Below are positions 1 through 9,233 of a stretch of 64,000 nucleotides of DNA, one piece after another. This DNA is from a virus. Both the position numbers and the translations under genes were made by a program. The stretch covers positions 23,130 to 87,129 of IMG/VR virus record IMGVR_UViG_3300020438_002794; one strand, written 5' to 3'. The stretch's first letter is position 1. Each line of letters begins with the position of its first letter. The notes under the pieces are model-generated. The model was given only the letters and a program-made list of their open reading frames with translations, ran no database searches and was not told where the DNA came from.

Positions 1-197
1 CACATGTACATGGTGTGTAATTGTTGGATAAAGTCAGGTGTAAAGATACGTTGACAGTCGTGTAAACTTAGTTCACTATTATCTATATGGCGGTTGTCTA
101 CACCACCATTTTCATTTCTATCGCACATTGGACATGCCGCTTGACATTTTTGTGTAATTTCCAAATGTACTGTTCTAATATCTTCATAATTATACAT
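1..197 (-). CDS. Radical SAM protein, N-terminal part (runs off the window start; missing from ORF track)
   Basis: Manual translation from ATG at 197: MYNYEDIRTVHLEITQKCQAACPMCDRNENGG..., containing CxxxCxxC; overlaps the stop of the upstream ORF. Confidence 0.9.
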   Translation of the reverse strand, partial: MYNYEDIRTVHLEITQKCQAACPMCDRNENGGVDNRHIDNSELSLHDCQRIFTPDFIQQLHTMYM

Positions 198-414
198 CTA
201 ATATTAGTTTCACATCCTTACCAGGACCTGTTTTGCTGGGCAGGTCTCCGTATGTATTTACATACCATTCGATAACTGCACGGTACCATAGTTGACTGTT
301 ATGATGTGCTTGTTGATTGAATTGATGAATATTATTGTTGGTTGCCGCCATTGCACTCAATGCCCTAGCACTTTCTATTTGTAGATCCCTAAGTTTCAGA
401 TCGTCTAGATTCAT
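190..414 (-). CDS. Hypothetical protein, 74 aa
   Basis: Overlaps both neighbours in operon orientation; no motif recognised. Confidence 0.7.
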   Translation of the reverse strand: MNLDDLKLRDLQIESARALSAMAATNNNIHQFNQQAHHNSQLWYRAVIEWYVNTYGDLPSKTGPGKDVKLILDV

Positions 415-1442
415 TTCTTTCCAATCAGCATAAACCTATTATAAAGTTGTGTGTCTAATTCACCTTCATAGTATATTGTACGCATCGGATATTTCTTTTT
501 TGCTTCTTTAACGTTTTTTACACAATTAATATGTTGTGAATTACTAAAATAATCATTTGTTTGTAAACACACAAAAGTATCCTTAGGTAAACGCTCAAAC
601 CAAGTTTCATCCATATGTTCACAACTGGTGTTTATAACCAGGTCAGGCTGAACCCAAATTTCCACGTTGTTGCCTTCCATATTTTTAGTTCCAACTATAA
701 AACTAGCTTCATCGTCGTAGGTGATATCATCAACATCTTGCCATACACTTTTAAACTGCCATTGGTTATTAGTTTGTACATAGTTAAAATCATCTGCCAT
801 TTGTATGCACTGAACATCTTTTTCAAGACTTAAATATTTTTTAATATCAAAATTTTGAAAGAATAACTGTGCAACAGTAGCATACCAGCCTCCGTATTGT
901 ACTACTGTGCCTAACTTGGGAGGGTGTGCTATTCCTGTTTGTTCTGTTACAATTTTTTTAAGTTCATCTACCATCCATAACTTGCTACACATTTGTCCTC
1001 TGCTGAAATGCTCATTGAGATTTGCCTGTGTTTCCCATTTAATGCACCAACTGCTGATTCTTCTGATATATTCGTCGTCGATGCAGTGTGCAATATAACG
1101 AGCTATCTTTCTATGCGTGACATATTTCCAGCCTATATGATGTGACATTAGTATGTTAATAAATTCTTCACTGAATTCGATTCGTCCTCTGTTTATTTCA
1201 CCAACTATTAATCTTTTTATTTTCCAAACATTACCATGTAATACTGCTTTTTTAATATTCATAAACATATCAAGTTGAGGATGATCAATATGTGTAAGGT
1301 ATTCTTCAATTCCGTGTATCCAAAAGAAGTCTAACGTGGGTTTGTATATTATTAATTGTTCCCCGTCTTCACCTTTGATTACCTTTTCTTCACCTATTAG
1401 GAGTTTACCGTCTTCGTTTATTTCGTCAAGTTGCGGCATCAA
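411..1442 (-). CDS. Class I SAM-dependent methyltransferase-like protein
   Basis: VVQYGGWYA glycine motif I, acidic LEKD after next strand, DLVINTSCEHM motif. Confidence 0.7.
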   Translation of the reverse strand: MMPQLDEINEDGKLLIGEEKVIKGEDGEQLIIYKPTLDFFWIHGIEEYLTHIDHPQLDMFMNIKKAVLHGNVWKIKRLIVGEINRGRIEFSEEFINILMSHHIGWKYVTHRKIARYIAHCIDDEYIRRISSWCIKWETQANLNEHFSRGQMCSKLWMVDELKKIVTEQTGIAHPPKLGTVVQYGGWYATVAQLFFQNFDIKKYLSLEKDVQCIQMADDFNYVQTNNQWQFKSVWQDVDDITYDDEASFIVGTKNMEGNNVEIWVQPDLVINTSCEHMDETWFERLPKDTFVCLQTNDYFSNSQHINCVKNVKEAKKKYPMRTIYYEGELDTQLYNRFMLIGKK

Positions 1443-2130
1443 ATGTCTCCTTTAACCATTCAAAATCATTAATTAAATTTAATGTTTTTGCATTATTTCT
1501 ATATGTTCGACCAAAGTCAGTACCTTGTGTTGCACCTAGTATTGCGTATTCACCGTTCTGTCTATTAGCACCTTTGCTTTGCCATACTTTTAATCTATAC
1601 TCATTGTCAGTGTTGTCACCGTGTTCGATAATAGCACTGGCTAGTTTAGTACATTCTCTAAACGCACTGCGCCATGCATTAAAAGGATCTGTATTAAACG
1701 CTGTGATGTTACTGATTTGAAACTTGGGAACAAATGGACAACCTATACTTGTAGTCATATCCACATTCCAGTCTTTTGCATCTAATAGTGCTTTGCGTGG
1801 GAACAGCTTTGCACCACCATATCCGTACAATAGATCATTCACTGGATTTTGACTGCGCCATACAAACACACAATCAGTTTCGTATACGCCGGGCCATTGT
1901 TCTTTGCGAGGTCCTGGTGTAAAATTAAAATTAAACTGTTCGTCTATAATAGCATCAGCATCAATAACATAAAAGTTTCTAGTTTCTGCTAGTTTTGCCG
2001 CGGCTTTGTGTGCCGCAAAAATACCTTCAACACCCTGTACACGCTTGGCGTGGGGTGCGAACAGTTGCAGTAATTCAAAATTGTCATCAGCATATGGCTC
2101 ATGATAGCTAATCTGAATAACATCTAACAA
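1426..2130 (-). CDS. GT-A-fold glycosyltransferase-like protein (paralog of 23925..24902)
   Basis: ISYHEP start, AHKAAA, VIDAD (DxD) motif, YGYGGAKLFP, AWRSAFRE; TTG start with GGAGA RBS. Confidence 0.7.
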   Translation of the reverse strand: MLDVIQISYHEPYADDNFELLQLFAPHAKRVQGVEGIFAAHKAAAKLAETRNFYVIDADAIIDEQFNFNFTPGPRKEQWPGVYETDCVFVWRSQNPVNDLLYGYGGAKLFPRKALLDAKDWNVDMTTSIGCPFVPKFQISNITAFNTDPFNAWRSAFRECTKLASAIIEHGDNTDNEYRLKVWQSKGANRQNGEYAILGATQGTDFGRTYRNNAKTLNLINDFEWLKETFDAAT

Positions 2131-2154
2131 GTTTTATTTCTCCATATAACTTTT

Positions 2155-2182
2155 ATTATACATGTTAATTGTAAAATGTCAA
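2155..2182 (-). promoter_or_regulatory. Sigma70-type promoter
   Basis: TTGACA(2182-2177)-16 nt-TATAAT(2160-2155) upstream of the TTG start at 2130. Confidence 0.75.
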
Positions 2183-2296
2183 CTACTCATATATAAATGG
2201 ATCTTTGTCCTTTAGTTCTTTCATTTTCTTTTTACGCCATTTGTACTCTTTGTATTTGGTCCAAGGTAAAAGAATAAAATCAATTATTGTTTGCAT
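2183..2296 (-). CDS. Small basic protein, 37 aa (below ORF-track cutoff)
   Basis: MQTIIDFILLPWTKYKEYKWRKKKMKELKDKDPFIYE; start overlaps the end of the upstream gene and it fills the gap. Confidence 0.7.
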   Translation of the reverse strand: MQTIIDFILLPWTKYKEYKWRKKKMKELKDKDPFIYE

Positions 2297-3228
2297 AGTT
2301 GCTCCTTTATATATTCTATAGTATGCATTAATCCCGCCTGTCTGTCAACAGTGGGTTCCCACCCTAAACAGTCACGGGCAAGTTGAATATCCGGACAACG
2401 TTTGTTGGGATCATCTACTGCACTGGCTTGATGCACTATTTCACTAGTACTATCAGTAAGTTCAACAATCTCTTGTGCTAATTCAATTAAACTAACTTCG
2501 TCTGGATTCCCTATATTTACAGGACCTGCATGGTCACTGTTCATAAGTTTTATTAATCCTTGTACAGTATCAGTTACATAACAAAAACTTCTAGTCTGTA
2601 GTCCATCACCGTGTACAGTGATTGGTTTATTTTGCAATGCTTGTATTATAAAATTACTAACTGCTCTACCATCATTCAGTGCCATGTGTGGTCCATATGT
2701 GTTGAATATTCTGGCAATAGTTGTATCAGCACTGCTGATAGTACACATGGTTTCTGCTACACGCTTGCCTTCATCATAACAAGCACGTGGTCCTAGTGTG
2801 TTTACGTTGCCCCAATATGTTTCTTTTTGTGGATGTTCAAGTGGATCACCATATACTTCGCTGGTGCTTGCTTGTAGCAATCTAGCGTCAGCTTGTTCAG
2901 CCACGCTCAACATGTTGATCACACCTTCCATGTTGGTCATCAGTGTGTTCCATGCATCGCTTTGATAGTGTACAGGACTAGCAGGGCAAGCTAAGTTGTA
3001 TATTTGTTTAAGCGGATCAAACTTTCCCATTAGTTGATAATCGTGCAAGGGAATTTTTATGTCCTGTTCAATAAAATAATAATTATTTTTTCCTCTGAAC
3101 TGTAGTAAGTTATCCGCTGATCCTGTGTAATAGTTGTCCACAGCAATTACAATCTCACCTTGTGCCAACAGTTGTTTACACAATTCAGTTCCTAATAATC
3201 CTGCGGCTCCTGTTACCAATATGGTCAT
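2284..3228 (-). CDS. UDP-glucuronate decarboxylase (UDP-xylose synthase-like), extended SDR
   Basis: TGAAGLLG, NLACPASP, ASTSEVYGDP, YWGNVN-GPRACYDEGKR, RIFNTYGP, GLQTRSFCYV; ATGA overlap at 3225-3228 marks the start. Confidence 0.92.
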   Translation of the reverse strand: MTILVTGAAGLLGTELCKQLLAQGEIVIAVDNYYTGSADNLLQFRGKNNYYFIEQDIKIPLHDYQLMGKFDPLKQIYNLACPASPVHYQSDAWNTLMTNMEGVINMLSVAEQADARLLQASTSEVYGDPLEHPQKETYWGNVNTLGPRACYDEGKRVAETMCTISSADTTIARIFNTYGPHMALNDGRAVSNFIIQALQNKPITVHGDGLQTRSFCYVTDTVQGLIKLMNSDHAGPVNIGNPDEVSLIELAQEIVELTDSTSEIVHQASAVDDPNKRCPDIQLARDCLGWEPTVDRQAGLMHTIEYIKEQLCKQ

Positions 3229-3968
3229 ATATACCAATATCCCAATCGTTTTAAACTGTCGATTTTTGCTGTATCTCCTAAATACTCTTGTGTGTTATCC
3301 CAATCTTTGTATGCATATTTTCCAGTCACATGAAATATATGCCAATTTTCTGCACGTTCGTAGTTGTGTCCAGTGGGAAACAATGTAGGCTCTAATAAAT
3401 CTATTCGTGTTTTTGTGTGTTTGATGTGGGTATTAACAAATAATTGACAGGTACTATCGTAACCGTTAGCATACAAGTAATCTGTATCACACATACTTAT
3501 GTTTATTGGAGTTGCCCTCATTCCGTACATGCCTGTACCACAGTTGTAATCACCGTGTGCTTTTATGGGGTCGCCCAGCCAAGCATACTGCTTGACACTT
3601 TGACATATTTGTTCTGCACCATTGTTAAACATTTGTCTTATGTGAACTGTGTAATCTTTTTGTGCAACACAATCAACATCAGTATAAAACCAATTTAATC
3701 CACACTGCATAATTTGTTGACCTACAATAAATTTATATACAAACACATGATGATCACCTTGTGGTATGTATACTGTGGGAACACGGCTTTGCATTGCACT
3801 ATAACTTAGTGAGTCCAATGCTACATACAATAAATCGATACCCAACTGTTTGCAGTTTTCAACCCAGTTCATAGCCAATGGTAATACTGTTTGGTCTCCC
3901 ATACACCAGAACACTGTGTCTGTACCATATTTTAATTGTGTGCAATATTCTTCAATTGACTTTGGCAT
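3225..3968 (-). CDS. Nucleotide-diphospho-sugar transferase (GT77-like glycosyltransferase)
   Basis: LYVALD, FYTDVD (DxD), NCGTGMY, LLEPTLFPTG, IFH motifs; start moved to ATG 3968 with AAGGAG RBS. Confidence 0.7.
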   Translation of the reverse strand: MPKSIEEYCTQLKYGTDTVFWCMGDQTVLPLAMNWVENCKQLGIDLLYVALDSLSYSAMQSRVPTVYIPQGDHHVFVYKFIVGQQIMQCGLNWFYTDVDCVAQKDYTVHIRQMFNNGAEQICQSVKQYAWLGDPIKAHGDYNCGTGMYGMRATPINISMCDTDYLYANGYDSTCQLFVNTHIKHTKTRIDLLEPTLFPTGHNYERAENWHIFHVTGKYAYKDWDNTQEYLGDTAKIDSLKRLGYWYI

Positions 3969-6264
3969 TTCGATCTCCTTGATAAAATGCTTGCACACTA
4001 ACAGTGTCTTGACTTTGTGCTTTAGCACGAATAGGACCCATGCCGTTGGGTATGCCTGCTTGTTGATCTGCTACAGTTTGATTTATTATTAAACTTATTA
4101 TATGTTCATAACTGTCCATAAACTCTGTGTCACCCGCTTGTATATCAATGGGTTTGCCTTCTGTTATCCATGTTTGCACAACTTGTTCAAGTGTTGTGCG
4201 TTCATCTACTTTGCCAATAATATATCTATCGTTGTTTGCTCTATCCAAAAAGCCTGCTTCTCTACACAAGTAAACCAATCCATATGCATCAACTACTAGG
4301 TCAACTTGTGGAAATCCTTTGGGTAGCATTTCTTTTTCTGTAATACAATGCATAGTGGGTGCATCTATTCCCTGACTTAATGCATTTAATGCATAGCCAT
4401 AATCAATATGCAATTTATTCAACAGTTCGCCTTTGCGTCTTTGTTCTACTAGAGCAAACACTTGTTTAAGTTTTGTTCTATCTCCAAATGTTGAGGTATC
4501 AGTTGGCTCTCTGAAGTTCTCTCTCAGTGTAATAAAGTCAACTTGGTTACCACTGTCATGATTAATTTCTTCAATAAAATCTAGAACTTGTAGTAAATCT
4601 TCTTCTAGTCCTGGCAGTATAACATAATTAAATCCAAATCGCAATGTTTTATTATTCAATTTTTTATAACGCAAGAAGTCTGTTGCATTTTGTTTTATGC
4701 GTTCAAAGCCTTTCTTGTGTTTGGTCACTTGTTCATATACCGTCTGATTGCTTCCATACAAACTTATACGCAACACTTCAAGTTTAAACAAATCTGGGTT
4801 TGCATCAACAAACTTTTCAGTTAGCATGAATCCATTTGTATACAAGCTAAACTTGAATCCTCTTGCATGTCCAGCACTAATTAATTTCATTAAATCAGGA
4901 TTGGTAAGTGTTTCTAACCCGCCACTCAAATAAAACTTGTAAGGGTCGTCGTTAGGTGCAGTGTTTAACAGGTTAACCAAATGAGGAGTAGCTTCCTTTA
5001 GTTGTGTCTTTTTGTATGCGGCATTTGTATCCATGTTACGACCACAAAACGTACACCAGAACATACAACTTTGTCCAATGTGTAGACCTATTCTATGTGG
5101 GTATCCGTATTGATTGTTTAATACTTTTTGTATAGTACCTGATTGATTTAAAGGTATTATTGTATTATTCCAATATTGACTGTTTCTAATATCATCAGTA
5201 ATTACCTGTTGCACAAAGTCACTGTTTCTTAATATTCGATTAATTTCAATAATTTTAGGTTGACTTAGCTGTAACTTTTGTTGTATACTTGCCTGCTTTA
5301 CAAATGGATCAGCACTGTAACAGTCAATTACACCCAAACATTTTTCTAATGTCCAGTCCAACTGTTGGTCATATCTACTATGTGCTATCCCACTAGCAAT
5401 TATATCACGACTCAAATAAAGTCCTAGTATCTGTTTACGGTCAAACTCCGTGTGATGTCTAATAATATCCAAATGTTGTTCGTGCAGTTGTTGTACACTT
5501 TTAACTATAGTTTCAGTTACCCAACGAGTGTTGTCTGCGGTATTCAATTGCACAATACCATTGACAAATGCTTCAAGTTGTCTATCTAAAGTTTTACCAT
5601 CATCTTGGCTGAAGTCATACTCAACTCCATCTATGCTGATCGAACGTTTGTTCACACTGTCACGTTCAAAACTAACATTGACTACAGTACCAGCAAAGTC
5701 TAATAACCAAAGTATACCCTGACTGGTTTGTTGTGTTTGTAAAACTGTGCAGGTTTGTTTGCTGATTATTTTTCTTAATATGGTCAATACATGCGGACCT
5801 ATATCTTCTAATACACTGATAGTAGGATCACTTACATATGTGCTTCCGTGTCTTTGAACATTGTTTGCACTGTTCCATGTTATATCTATTGTTTTGGGTT
5901 GTTCAACTGTAGCGTCAGCTATCTCTTGTATGCGATTGCTGTATTCTAATTCTAACCCAACTACCAGTTTACATTTGTTTTTGTGTGCTAGGTCAACCAA
6001 TTGATCATGTTGCTCCACGGAGCGAACAAACGGTTTTTCAACCAGCAAGTGTCTACCATCTGCAAGTAATTCTACTGCACTAGCATAGTGATCATCTGGT
6101 AAGTTGGCAATCCACACATGTTTGCCTGTGAGATTGAGCAAGTTATCCACACTCGCTAGTTTTGTGTTATGAGTATAATACTCGGTTTGATATTGATTGT
6201 TTGTTGCAACACGATCTATTATTTGAGCCCAACGTCCACCGCCTACTATTCCGAGGGTACGCAC
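3952..6264 (-). CDS. desII: Fusion of a Gfo/Idh/MocA oxidoreductase and a DesII-like radical SAM NDP-4-amino-sugar deaminase
   Basis: N-term GIVGGGRWA, HLLVEKP, DIGPH; C-term YWNNTIIPL, CMFWCTFC, YLSGGLETLTNP, RISLYG, IDYGYAL, REAGF as recalled for DesII; GTG start 6264 with GGAG. Confidence 0.85.
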   Translation of the reverse strand: MRTLGIVGGGRWAQIIDRVATNNQYQTEYYTHNTKLASVDNLLNLTGKHVWIANLPDDHYASAVELLADGRHLLVEKPFVRSVEQHDQLVDLAHKNKCKLVVGLELEYSNRIQEIADATVEQPKTIDITWNSANNVQRHGSTYVSDPTISVLEDIGPHVLTILRKIISKQTCTVLQTQQTSQGILWLLDFAGTVVNVSFERDSVNKRSISIDGVEYDFSQDDGKTLDRQLEAFVNGIVQLNTADNTRWVTETIVKSVQQLHEQHLDIIRHHTEFDRKQILGLYLSRDIIASGIAHSRYDQQLDWTLEKCLGVIDCYSADPFVKQASIQQKLQLSQPKIIEINRILRNSDFVQQVITDDIRNSQYWNNTIIPLNQSGTIQKVLNNQYGYPHRIGLHIGQSCMFWCTFCGRNMDTNAAYKKTQLKEATPHLVNLLNTAPNDDPYKFYLSGGLETLTNPDLMKLISAGHARGFKFSLYTNGFMLTEKFVDANPDLFKLEVLRISLYGSNQTVYEQVTKHKKGFERIKQNATDFLRYKKLNNKTLRFGFNYVILPGLEEDLLQVLDFIEEINHDSGNQVDFITLRENFREPTDTSTFGDRTKLKQVFALVEQRRKGELLNKLHIDYGYALNALSQGIDAPTMHCITEKEMLPKGFPQVDLVVDAYGLVYLCREAGFLDRANNDRYIIGKVDERTTLEQVVQTWITEGKPIDIQAGDTEFMDSYEHIISLIINQTVADQQAGIPNGMGPIRAKAQSQDTVSVQAFYQGDRNAKVN

Positions 6265-7727
6265 ACTTCTACTCCGTACTGCTTGGTCCAACGATCAGCA
6301 TCTTCTCTTGTGTTAACTAAAGGTTCTCCCTTTATGTTTAAACTTGTATTCAATAACATAGGACAGCCTGTGTCTGCATACCAACGTTCTAGCAGTTTTC
6401 TGAATCCGCTATTATCAGTAGTAGATACTGTTTGAACTCTGCTGGTGTCATCGTAGTGGACGATTGCTGGAAATTTGTCAGGTCTTTTACACGTTGAAGT
6501 ATATTGCATGTATGGGCCTGTGTAACCTGTGAAATAATCTCCGGCATGTTCAGCGAGTATGGCTGGGGCAAAGGGTCTGAAACTTTCTCTGTGTTTGATA
6601 GTGTTAACAAGGTCTTTGACATCATCTCCGCGGGGATCAGCAAGAATACTACGGTTGCCAAGAGCCCTAGGACCAAACTCAGCACGACCACTGGCAACTG
6701 CTGTAATTTTCTTTGACTGTAAATTTTTGAGTATGTTTTCAACTGGATACTCTCCTTTAATATTATGTCCCAAATAAGGACCGGGCCATTCAATATGATG
6801 TCCCCAATGTGCTAGTACACAACCTACTGCACTGCCACTATCACCTGGGTTTGGCATAATCCAAACATCTTTAAAGTACTTATATGCAATACTGTTGGCA
6901 CTACAATTTAATGCACAGCCTCCCATCAGTACTAGGTTTTCTTTTTGAGTTGCATATTTTGTATACATAACTAAACCATCAAAAATTTCTTCGTATATAC
7001 GCTGTACTGCGGCGGCAATGTCAGCATAGTCTTGTGGTGTGTTTAGATCAGGTCTCCAATCTAAACAACCTCTATGACAGTTGCGTTTGAATAGTGTATA
7101 AGGGCTCCAACGTGTAGGTGAAAATTCAATAAAATCATTCTTTATGTCCTGGTACAACCTATCTGGATCGCCCACAGCCGCCATGCCCATGAGTATGTAT
7201 TCATGTTCTTGTGGCTTTAGTCCTATACGCTGTGTCATAGCACTGTACCATATACCTATACTGTGTGGATAACGTTGACTCCAAGTTTTTTTAAGACTAT
7301 CACCTTCGCCTGTCCATATACTAACAGTATCCCATTCACCTATACTATCTATATTCAATATAGCCGCATCAGTATAAGGTGATGTATAATATCCTGCGCC
7401 AGCATGGGCATGATGATGACTAGTTGTAGTGCATTTAGGCGCATCTTTTAGGAACTTGCGTACATATGTAGTAGGTGATTCTTTGCCTAGTAGTGCGTAT
7501 TGCTTTGAATACAGTTGGCGTGTCTTTTTAAGTAATGGTTTCTCATAAAAATATATTTTGTATGGCTCGCCATAATCAAGAGCTTCATCGATTAAGTCTT
7601 GATTTAAGTTTTTATCATTCTTAACTCTACTGTAGCGTTCTGCATGTGCCGCAAACACTAGTTTTTTATCTCCAAATACTGCTAGGCTGGCATCATGTGC
7701 CATGCCTGTCCAGCCCCATGTGATCAT
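6246..7727 (-). CDS. O-carbamoyltransferase (NodU/CmcH/TobZ family)
   Basis: HDAS, ERYSRVKND, HHHAHA, DSIGE, GGCALN, GDSG, EFGPRALGNRSILADP, FRPFAP, LLNTSLN. Confidence 0.95.
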   Translation of the reverse strand: MITWGWTGMAHDASLAVFGDKKLVFAAHAERYSRVKNDKNLNQDLIDEALDYGEPYKIYFYEKPLLKKTRQLYSKQYALLGKESPTTYVRKFLKDAPKCTTTSHHHAHAGAGYYTSPYTDAAILNIDSIGEWDTVSIWTGEGDSLKKTWSQRYPHSIGIWYSAMTQRIGLKPQEHEYILMGMAAVGDPDRLYQDIKNDFIEFSPTRWSPYTLFKRNCHRGCLDWRPDLNTPQDYADIAAAVQRIYEEIFDGLVMYTKYATQKENLVLMGGCALNCSANSIAYKYFKDVWIMPNPGDSGSAVGCVLAHWGHHIEWPGPYLGHNIKGEYPVENILKNLQSKKITAVASGRAEFGPRALGNRSILADPRGDDVKDLVNTIKHRESFRPFAPAILAEHAGDYFTGYTGPYMQYTSTCKRPDKFPAIVHYDDTSRVQTVSTTDNSGFRKLLERWYADTGCPMLLNTSLNIKGEPLVNTREDADRWTKQYGVEVCVPSE

Positions 7728-7912
7728 AATTCGGTCTCATTCATATTAATACATATAGCCTGTTGTCCTGCTTTGAAGTATCCTGCACCTCTGCCTACTT
7801 CTTCACTGAGAGCTTCTCTTGCATAAAAACATTCGTTCATATCTCTATGTTGACTTACTTTTTCTACATAAGGAGTTGCATCATAAAAATATACAAATAC
7901 CAATACCCACAT
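7724..7912 (-). CDS. Hypothetical protein, 62 aa
   Basis: Coupled to both neighbours; hydrophobic N-terminus, two Cys. Confidence 0.65.
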   Translation of the reverse strand: MWVLVFVYFYDATPYVEKVSQHRDMNECFYAREALSEEVGRGAGYFKAGQQAICINMNETEL

Positions 7913-8304
7913 TAAAGGTCGCCTCGCTCTCTCATTTCAGCACGAATTTTTGTAGCACTTATGTTGTGTACACGTTCGCCCAAGTCATGCTCAGTAAAAG
8001 TATAACCTACTCCTCTGCCATAACTGATATCCACAATATTAGGAACTAGCATTACTTCAAAGTCTTCGCCAATAATATAACCTTTTGTATATAGACTACC
8101 AGCAATATCATTTTCTACTTGTTTAAAATCAAACGGATTATCTACGTTTCCCATTCCGGCATCAGCACCTTGTACATCACGAACCATAATTAATACTTGT
8201 CCTGTAATCCCTAGTGCCTTTTCAAAAAGTATTGTATGCCCTTCATGCCAAGGTTGCCATCTTCCTAGTAGTTGTACTGTTGGTTTTTTATAATCAAATA
8301 CCAT
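7912..8304 (-). CDS. HIGH-motif nucleotidyltransferase (cytidylyltransferase-like)
   Basis: LGRWQPWHEGH (HxGH), NPF, ISATKIR motifs. Confidence 0.85.
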   Translation of the reverse strand: MVFDYKKPTVQLLGRWQPWHEGHTILFEKALGITGQVLIMVRDVQGADAGMGNVDNPFDFKQVENDIAGSLYTKGYIIGEDFEVMLVPNIVDISYGRGVGYTFTEHDLGERVHNISATKIRAEMRERGDL

Positions 8305-8719
8305 TACGTTTTCTCCATCTTTCGACTACAGGTTTAAGTTGCTCAGCTGTGTCTGTAAACCATTGTGCTACATGGTAGTCACATGCAGGCGGTTTTTCAA
8401 ACATAGCATTTGTATCCGCATAGCGTCCTTGTTCAATAGTATCCATCCACACTGTGTAGTCAGGTGCAAATTCTTGTCTTGCACGTTCTGTTGGACAAAC
8501 AAAGTCTGCCACAGCTATTCCACCTTTAGCAACAACACCATCTGCTAAGTCTCGCATACGTTTTGCTTGACGCATTCTACCTTCGGGTGTAAAGTCCCAA
8601 TCGTTAGCTTGTTCTCTTACTCGATCAGCATTGATCCATACTGCGCCAATTAACTCAGCAAAGGGTTCTGCTAGTGTGCTTTTACCACTACCTGGTAGTC
8701 CAAATATCAATATTTTCAT
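8294..8719 (-). CDS. Adenylylsulfate (APS) kinase-like P-loop kinase
   Basis: GLPGSGKST Walker A, NADRVR, DFTPEGR, FVCP, FEKP resemble CysC. Confidence 0.8.
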   Translation of the reverse strand: MKILIFGLPGSGKSTLAEPFAELIGAVWINADRVREQANDWDFTPEGRMRQAKRMRDLADGVVAKGGIAVADFVCPTERARQEFAPDYTVWMDTIEQGRYADTNAMFEKPPACDYHVAQWFTDTAEQLKPVVERWRKRNGI

Positions 8720-9233
8720 CTTGTACATCCTTTATTAGTTTGTATGGTATTCCAATACTTTCTAATAATCGTATGAGTCTTATCTCACTGCCTTTCATTA
8801 TTGTATCTATAGAGTTATTATCTATAAATCTTTCTAAGTATTTTATTTGTCCATCGGTTAAATTCATATCCCATCTTTTTTGTATGTTATCACCTAGCTC
8901 AGTTTCAAATATGCCATTGGCCCATAACAAATCATCCTCTACTGCATGATTGCAGTAGTAGAATTCAAAATTCTCTTGCTCAAGTCGCCACAAATGTTCT
9001 TTCCAGTCAAACTTGTAAAAACAAAGATCTTGGACATTTGCACCTTGTATAACAATATGTTCATACTTCTTTATTATATCATCTTTATGTAAATGTGTCA
9101 AGATATCATAATAGTTGATGTAGTTTCCGTAATCCAAAGTATACACAGTATATAGATGTTCATCAGACAACTTTTCTAACCAAGTTGATCCTGGTTTGCT
9201 TGCACCGTCACCAATTATCAGTACATCTTTCAT
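8688..9233 (-). CDS. Divergent SGNH-like hypothetical protein
   Basis: VLIIGDG start and layout similar to the next two ORFs; lacks clear catalytic Ser/His. Confidence 0.45.
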   Translation of the reverse strand: MKDVLIIGDGASKPGSTWLEKLSDEHLYTVYTLDYGNYINYYDILTHLHKDDIIKKYEHIVIQGANVQDLCFYKFDWKEHLWRLEQENFEFYYCNHAVEDDLLWANGIFETELGDNIQKRWDMNLTDGQIKYLERFIDNNSIDTIMKGSEIRLIRLLESIGIPYKLIKDVQDENIDIWTTR

